Source: Acidobacteriota bacterium
GTDB lineage: Bacteria > Acidobacteriota > UBA6911 > RPQK01 > JADFOI01
Assembly: GCA_963663035.1 (NCBI GenBank)
Contig: OY760074.1
Location: 1,472,001-1,536,000, forward strand
Length of the DNA stretch: 64,000 nt
Reading direction: 5' to 3'
The notes beneath the pieces were generated by a model that was not told the DNA's origin, did no database searches, and worked only from the letters and a program-made list of their open reading frames with translations. This document shows positions 58,938 to 64,000 of this stretch, piece after piece. How positions within the stretch are numbered: the stretch's first letter is position 1; the number at the start of each line of letters is the position of its first letter. The position numbers were made by a program, and so were the translations under genes.

Positions 58938-60944
58938 TTATTGGTCGACGCCGCGATAGACGCTCAGCTTTTCCGTTCGTGAGATCTCTTCAATGATACG
59001 GCGTCCGAAGACGCTGGTGCCCTTATCATCAACGGCAGAACAGAAGGCGGCCAGGCCGAGCTTCCCGGGAGCGACAGCCATGATGCCCCCCGAAACACCC
59101 GTTTTGGAGGGTAATCCCACCGAAAAAGCATACTCGCCTGAGCCGTTATAAAGGCCGCACGTAGCCATCAGTGTCACCACCTGATTCACCTGGTCAGCAG
59201 AAAGGCGGAGTTCAGAGACTGCCGGCGCGTCCCCGCGAGCGGCGAGCAGCGCAGCAAAGGTTGCCAGATTGTCACAGCTCACCTTGAGCGAGCAGGCGTA
59301 GAAATAATCGGAGAGAATGGCTTCAACGTAGTCCACCCGCGTTTTCCTGGTTCGCCGAGGCCGATGCTCGAAGCATCCACGGTGAAGTAACTCCCAGGCG
59401 AGTCCGCGGTTCTTTTCGCCAAATTCGCTTTCCGACTTATGAACGCTGGTGTCAACATCGATATGGTCATCTTTACAGGCCTTCCGAACGAAAGCGAGAA
59501 AGTTCTCACGGCGTGCCTCGGCAGTTTCCTCCGGCAACATCGAAGCCATCAGGATGGCACCTGCATTGATAACCGGGTTGAAGGGCACTTGCTTGTTGTC
59601 GACCTCGAGCCATTTCGGGTCAGCATCGAATGGATCACCCGTGGGTTCCCGCCCCATCCTGGAAAACACGAATCCAATGCCTCGACGGTGAAGAATGTAA
59701 GCCAGCAGGAAGGGCACGCAGACTGCTTGAGTGGTGAACCTGAAATCCGTGTTTTGACCACCTCCTACTATCACTCCATCAAGTGTACAAAGGCTCACCC
59801 CACGGTTTTCGGGCAAGACTTTGGCAAGTTCGGGAATGTATGAAGCCACGTGACCGGAAGTGGCCTTGAGACCTGTCTGTTCCACCAACTCGTCAAGCGA
59901 CTTCGGACTCTCGTAGGTTTTGAGGGAAAATTGAAGCTGAGGCCGGCAAAGAATGCCAAGCTCTTCATCCCGTGAAATTCTTTCCAACGCGTAGACTCCG
60001 AAGCACGAGTTTCCGGCGGAATCGAGAGCGGGACCGTATGTGGCGATTCCCATTTTCCCGGGCACCGCGGTGAGAATTCCACCGGCTACACCGGACTTGG
60101 CAGGGATCCCGATCTTGGAGGCAAAGGTACCAGACCCATCATACAAGCCGCAGCTCGCCATGAGTGCAATGACCATCGTGATGTTTTCCTCGGACGCCTG
60201 TCGGTCCCCACTCTCGGGATCGACTCCCAGATTAGCGAGGAGCATTCCAAAACGGGCGAGATCAAGGGTCGTCACCCCGATGGAGCACTGTTGGAAGTAC
60301 ACATCGAGAACTCCTTCGATAAACTCAACGGCAGCAATGTTGCTCTTGTACGAGAACACGCGACGGTCGTTCATGATCCAGGCCAGGGAACGGTTGTTGT
60401 GACCCGTCAGTTTCTCCGAGCGATAGACGGCTTCGTCAACCTCGAGGTCGGGATTGCCGCAAACCTTGCGACAAAAGCTCAAGAACCCCGCGAATTGCTC
60501 CTGAGTATTACTTCCTGGGAACATCGAGCTCACAACAATGGCGCCGGCGTTGATCATGGGATTCAATGGCCGCTTGCTGGCGACCTGAAAGCGCAATCCC
60601 GAGTTGAAGGGTTCACCCGTAGGCTCCTTGCCCACTCGTGAAAAGACCTGTCTGGGCCCGATCGATTCGAGGGCATAGAGCAGTGCAATCGTCTTGGAGA
60701 TGGACTGGATCGTGAACTGTTCTTCGCAGGAACCGGCCGAGAGAATGGTTCCGTCCAGGTAGCAGATGGAGATACCTCGGTCATCTGCGTTGGCCCGGCT
60801 GAGCTCCGGAATGTAATCGGCAACTCGTCCTTTGGGAGCTTCAAATTCGGCCTCATCCAGCAAAATCTGAAGGTCCGACTCGGTCCCATATTGTGTCAGC
60901 TTCGGCGATCGAGGAAACTGGGGATTCAACACATTCGATTTCAA
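58938..60944 (-). CDS. glsA: Tandem double-domain glutaminase
   Basis: Two repeats of VAxYIPEL...GxEPTGxPF...NPxINAGAI...CGLYxGSG...KxGVxGG; TTG start at 60944 with AGGAGG. Confidence 0.9.
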   Translation of the reverse strand: MKSNVLNPQFPRSPKLTQYGTESDLQILLDEAEFEAPKGRVADYIPELSRANADDRGISICYLDGTILSAGSCEEQFTIQSISKTIALLYALESIGPRQVFSRVGKEPTGEPFNSGLRFQVASKRPLNPMINAGAIVVSSMFPGSNTQEQFAGFLSFCRKVCGNPDLEVDEAVYRSEKLTGHNNRSLAWIMNDRRVFSYKSNIAAVEFIEGVLDVYFQQCSIGVTTLDLARFGMLLANLGVDPESGDRQASEENITMVIALMASCGLYDGSGTFASKIGIPAKSGVAGGILTAVPGKMGIATYGPALDSAGNSCFGVYALERISRDEELGILCRPQLQFSLKTYESPKSLDELVEQTGLKATSGHVASYIPELAKVLPENRGVSLCTLDGVIVGGGQNTDFRFTTQAVCVPFLLAYILHRRGIGFVFSRMGREPTGDPFDADPKWLEVDNKQVPFNPVINAGAILMASMLPEETAEARRENFLAFVRKACKDDHIDVDTSVHKSESEFGEKNRGLAWELLHRGCFEHRPRRTRKTRVDYVEAILSDYFYACSLKVSCDNLATFAALLAARGDAPAVSELRLSADQVNQVVTLMATCGLYNGSGEYAFSVGLPSKTGVSGGIMAVAPGKLGLAAFCSAVDDKGTSVFGRRIIEEISRTEKLSVYRGVDQ

Positions 60945-61054
60945 AAGCACCCTCCTACTGGGCCCCGATGAGCAACCTTTTCCAGCTGGGATAGTATACA
61001 TCGATTTCTGCCTTTGTCTTTTCACACCCAGGCATTCATAATCAGAGCGCCACC

Positions 61055-62554
61055 ATGCTGACGTTGTTGGTCAACCTTGCAGTCCTGGTTTTCATCGCGA
61101 TAATGGCTGTATTCATTATCCGCCAGCGTCGCCTGCGGGAATCAGGAAAAAGCGGAATCTCCCCTATTCCCTTCACCGCTCGATTATCTGACTTGTGGCG
61201 CTGGGACGGCACAGTAGATCGTGGAACTTATGCCCTGATCGGCTTGGTGGGGTTTGCCCTCAAACACAATCTGGATCGGTTGGCGACAAGCTGGGTCTTT
61301 GATCGACCTTGGGGATTGTTCAATTACTGGATTCCACCCAGTGAAATTCTCCAGGAGGAGCCGCTCTTTCTCTCCTTCATGCTCATTCTCTCGCTACCCT
61401 TTATCTGGGTCGGCGTGGTACTCACCCTGAGACGGCTGCGGGACGTCAAGCTGCCATCGGCGTTGGTGATCGTCTTTTTCCTACCCCTGGTAAACCTGGC
61501 GTTTTTCCTCCTCTTGAGTGTCCTGCCCTCTCGTCAGGAGGAGGTTTTCCCAGAGAAAACTGGGTCGCTGAAACCCTTTTTCGACAAAGTCATTCCCCGA
61601 GATCCATGGGGAAGCGCGGCCTTCTCCCTTTTGATCATCACTCTGGTGGGGGTTGCAGCTACGGGCCTCGCCGTTCTGATTTTCGGAGAATATGGCTGGA
61701 GCCTATTTGTGGGGCTGCCCTTCTGCCTTGGGCTCGGTTCGGTGCTGATCCATAGCTATCATGCTCACCGAGATTACCTCAGTTGCTTCATCGTGGCCAC
61801 TCTGGCAACTGTGCTCCTTTCCCTGGCCCTGGTTGCCGTGGCTATCGAAGGTGTTTTGTGTGTCCTCATGGCGGCACCGATCGCCTGGGTGCTTGCAATC
61901 TTGGGAGCTTCCATCGGCTATCTGATTCAAAGGCGGCCGTTGAACCAGCTTGATGTACCCCCAGTGATGCTGTCCTTGTTGTTGTTTCTTCCATCGGTGA
62001 TGGCTCTCGAGTCTCTGAGTCCTGGGGACCCGGTGCAGGTCGCCGTCCATACCTCAATCTCCATTCAGGCCTCTCCGGAACAGGTATGGGAGAACCTTAT
62101 CTCTTTTCCCAGACTCGAGGAACCAAAGGAATGGTTGTTTCGTCTGGGTGTCTCCTATCCAATACTGGCCACGATCGAGGGTGAGGGAGTGGGCGCGGTT
62201 CGCCGGTGCCTGTTTTCAACGGGCACTTTCGTTGAGCCCATAGAAGTCTGGGAGGAGTTCCGCCTACTTCGATTCTCGGTATCGGAACAGGCTCCGCCCC
62301 TACAGGAACTCTCCCCTTACGGAGAAATTAGCGCGCCTCATCTGGATGGTTATTTCCACCCCGAAAGAGCCCAGTTCACGCTCACACCGCTCCCCCAGGG
62401 AGGGACGCATTTGGAAGGGATCAGTTGGTATCGAAATGATATTTGGCCTGCCAGCTACTGGCGCTGGTGGTCCGACTGGATGGTCCACAAGATTCATCTG
62501 AGAGTCTTTGAGCACATTAAGCGTCTGGCCGAGGAAGCTCCAACCGGGCTTTAA
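61055..62554 (+). CDS. DUF805-like membrane protein with C-terminal SRPBCC/START-like domain
   Basis: LTLRRLRD, EGVLCVLMAAP, IQASPEQVW, IHLRVFEHIK. Confidence 0.7.
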   Translation: MLTLLVNLAVLVFIAIMAVFIIRQRRLRESGKSGISPIPFTARLSDLWRWDGTVDRGTYALIGLVGFALKHNLDRLATSWVFDRPWGLFNYWIPPSEILQEEPLFLSFMLILSLPFIWVGVVLTLRRLRDVKLPSALVIVFFLPLVNLAFFLLLSVLPSRQEEVFPEKTGSLKPFFDKVIPRDPWGSAAFSLLIITLVGVAATGLAVLIFGEYGWSLFVGLPFCLGLGSVLIHSYHAHRDYLSCFIVATLATVLLSLALVAVAIEGVLCVLMAAPIAWVLAILGASIGYLIQRRPLNQLDVPPVMLSLLLFLPSVMALESLSPGDPVQVAVHTSISIQASPEQVWENLISFPRLEEPKEWLFRLGVSYPILATIEGEGVGAVRRCLFSTGTFVEPIEVWEEFRLLRFSVSEQAPPLQELSPYGEISAPHLDGYFHPERAQFTLTPLPQGGTHLEGISWYRNDIWPASYWRWWSDWMVHKIHLRVFEHIKRLAEEAPTGL

Positions 62555-62568
62555 TCCGCCTTCCAACC

Positions 62569-63159
62569 TCAGTGCAGGTAAAAAAAGCAGATGATGACTG
62601 CAGGAGTGGAGCCGAGCAGTTCAATCTCACCGTCCCGGCCCGTCACCGGCTCGACGGGACTGGGTGGGACACTGGTATCCAAAGCACGGGCCACGTTTCT
62701 GAGCTTGAGCGTTTCATGCCCTGGAGCCTCGTCAGTGATCTTGAAGACTATGAAGGCGGCGACACCGTTGGGAAGGGTCTCACCGGGTTTAGCGGTCACC
62801 GTGACCTGGACGATCGTATTGTCCTCGTTCTCTGCATCCTCCTTTAAGCTCGCCGTTACCTCGGCTTCAGCAAAGGCGCCGGGCCGCACCTCCTCGAACT
62901 GGAGGTACTGGGCTGGGAACGCCACTTCGTTGACCGTGGTTCCCACCTGGATGCCTTCAGGAGCGTTCAGCTGGATGGGCAGCGAAACCGTGAGGCCTGG
63001 CTCTCCCATGTCGAAACCGACGTCGACGGTGGTCTCCCGGTCGCCTCCTTCCTGGGGCATTGCGACGAGCTGTCCAGTCCCACTGGCAACAAGCCACAGA
63101 AAGAGTGAGGCTACACCAGTGCTTCTGCGAAGAAGACACACAAGTCTGAGACTACTCAT
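62569..63159 (-). CDS. Secreted cohesin-like beta-sandwich protein ending CFFYLH
   Basis: Signal-like N-terminus; GEPGLTVSLPI, LPNGVAAFIVFKI; 3 bp after the amidohydrolase stop. Confidence 0.6.
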   Translation of the reverse strand: MSSLRLVCLLRRSTGVASLFLWLVASGTGQLVAMPQEGGDRETTVDVGFDMGEPGLTVSLPIQLNAPEGIQVGTTVNEVAFPAQYLQFEEVRPGAFAEAEVTASLKEDAENEDNTIVQVTVTAKPGETLPNGVAAFIVFKITDEAPGHETLKLRNVARALDTSVPPSPVEPVTGRDGEIELLGSTPAVIICFFYLH

Positions 63160-63162
63160 TCC

Positions 63163-64000
63163 TTATTCCTTCAGGCGGTCGTAGACAATCTTTCCACCGA
63201 CAAACGTCAAATCAACATGCAGGTCGCTAATCTTATCTTCAGGGACCGTCATATAATCTCCGTCCAGCACCACCATGTCCGCCAGCTTACCCACCTCAAT
63301 CGACCCCACGAGATCCTCGTCACCCGTGTAGCCCGCGTTCCAGATCGTCGCCATGCGCAGGCCTTCCTCGCGGCTGATCGCCTGCCGTGCTCCCCACACC
63401 CGTCCCTGTTCATCAGTCCGGGTTACGAAGCGCTGAATTGCCACCAGTGCCCCTACCCTGTCTGAGTCAAGAGCCCCTTCCAACTCCAGGCCCGGCTTGA
63501 CATTAAACAAGACAGCGCTTTTGACGGGAGAAAAATTGCGATGCAACTCTTCTCCAAACATATAGATCTGGCCGCGATTACCGGGTCCGAAAACATAGCC
63601 TGAATGAAAGCTGTTGCTCACATCCAGGCGAGCCGCCCTCTGCAGATCTTCGTCCTCGCGAATCATCCCGTGATCGAAACCGAAGTGGCGACCCTGAAGT
63701 GACCGTTCCTGGTTCGCTTCCTCGAAGGCCTCCAGAACCATCTTTGCACCAATATCGCCCTGTGTATGCATCCCCGCGATGCTCCAGCCGTAGTGGTTGG
63801 CCAGTATGATCGTTTCATACTCCGTCCCTGGGCCTTTCCAATCCAGGTCCTGCCTCGAGAGGGCCCACTTGTTTTCGCCGGCCAGATACCGGTCCTCGCC
63901 GAACATATCCCAGGGAACACCGCCCTCCTGGTCCAGCATGCGACGCGGGACGACGGTGCTCATGGAACCGCCTTCATTGGTCTGACCGTCGGGAGCGCTC
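63163..64000 (-). CDS. Amidohydrolase 3-family protein (5' end outside window)
   Basis: ANHYGWSIAGMH, GRHFGFDHG, GSIEVGKLADMVVL; paralog of 47688-49454. Confidence 0.9.
   Translation of the reverse strand, partial: SAPDGQTNEGGSMSTVVPRRMLDQEGGVPWDMFGEDRYLAGENKWALSRQDLDWKGPGTEYETIILANHYGWSIAGMHTQGDIGAKMVLEAFEEANQERSLQGRHFGFDHGMIREDEDLQRAARLDVSNSFHSGYVFGPGNRGQIYMFGEELHRNFSPVKSAVLFNVKPGLELEGALDSDRVGALVAIQRFVTRTDEQGRVWGARQAISREEGLRMATIWNAGYTGDEDLVGSIEVGKLADMVVLDGDYMTVPEDKISDLHVDLTFVGGKIVYDRLKE

Overview
Gram-negative bacterial chromosome window, probably Acidobacteriota (inferred from SecY and L22 sequence style, not from a search). 1-15 kb: complete str-S10-spc ribosomal super-operon on the minus strand (rpsL to secY, secY cut by the window edge). 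15-23 kb: divergent lipid A/LPS inner-core cluster (waaA, lpxK, waaF, gmhB, split rfaE, waaC). RNase P RNA and tRNA-Ala(CGC) follow, then an IS481-family element and a degraded islet. The rest is accessory genes: OmpA, GT-C glycosyltransferase, beta-barrels, transporters, aminotransferase, frameshifted PQQ dehydrogenase, molybdoenzyme, amidohydrolases, a CusBAC-type efflux system and a tandem glutaminase. The most unusual signal is a set of small transposase-less palindromic elements at gene 3' ends. Family A has three ~273-bp copies, one inserted into the rpsH stop codon. Their terminal stems differ between copies but stay self-complementary, and their core has triplet tracts that pair properly only in a crossed (pseudoknot-like) topology. 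Family B has a conserved core with exchangeable terminal repeats. Other leads: a candidate UGCC selenoprotein (DUF411-like) with a SECIS-like hairpin, a glutaminase fused to an apparently dead copy of itself, and an attenuator-like rpsL leader.
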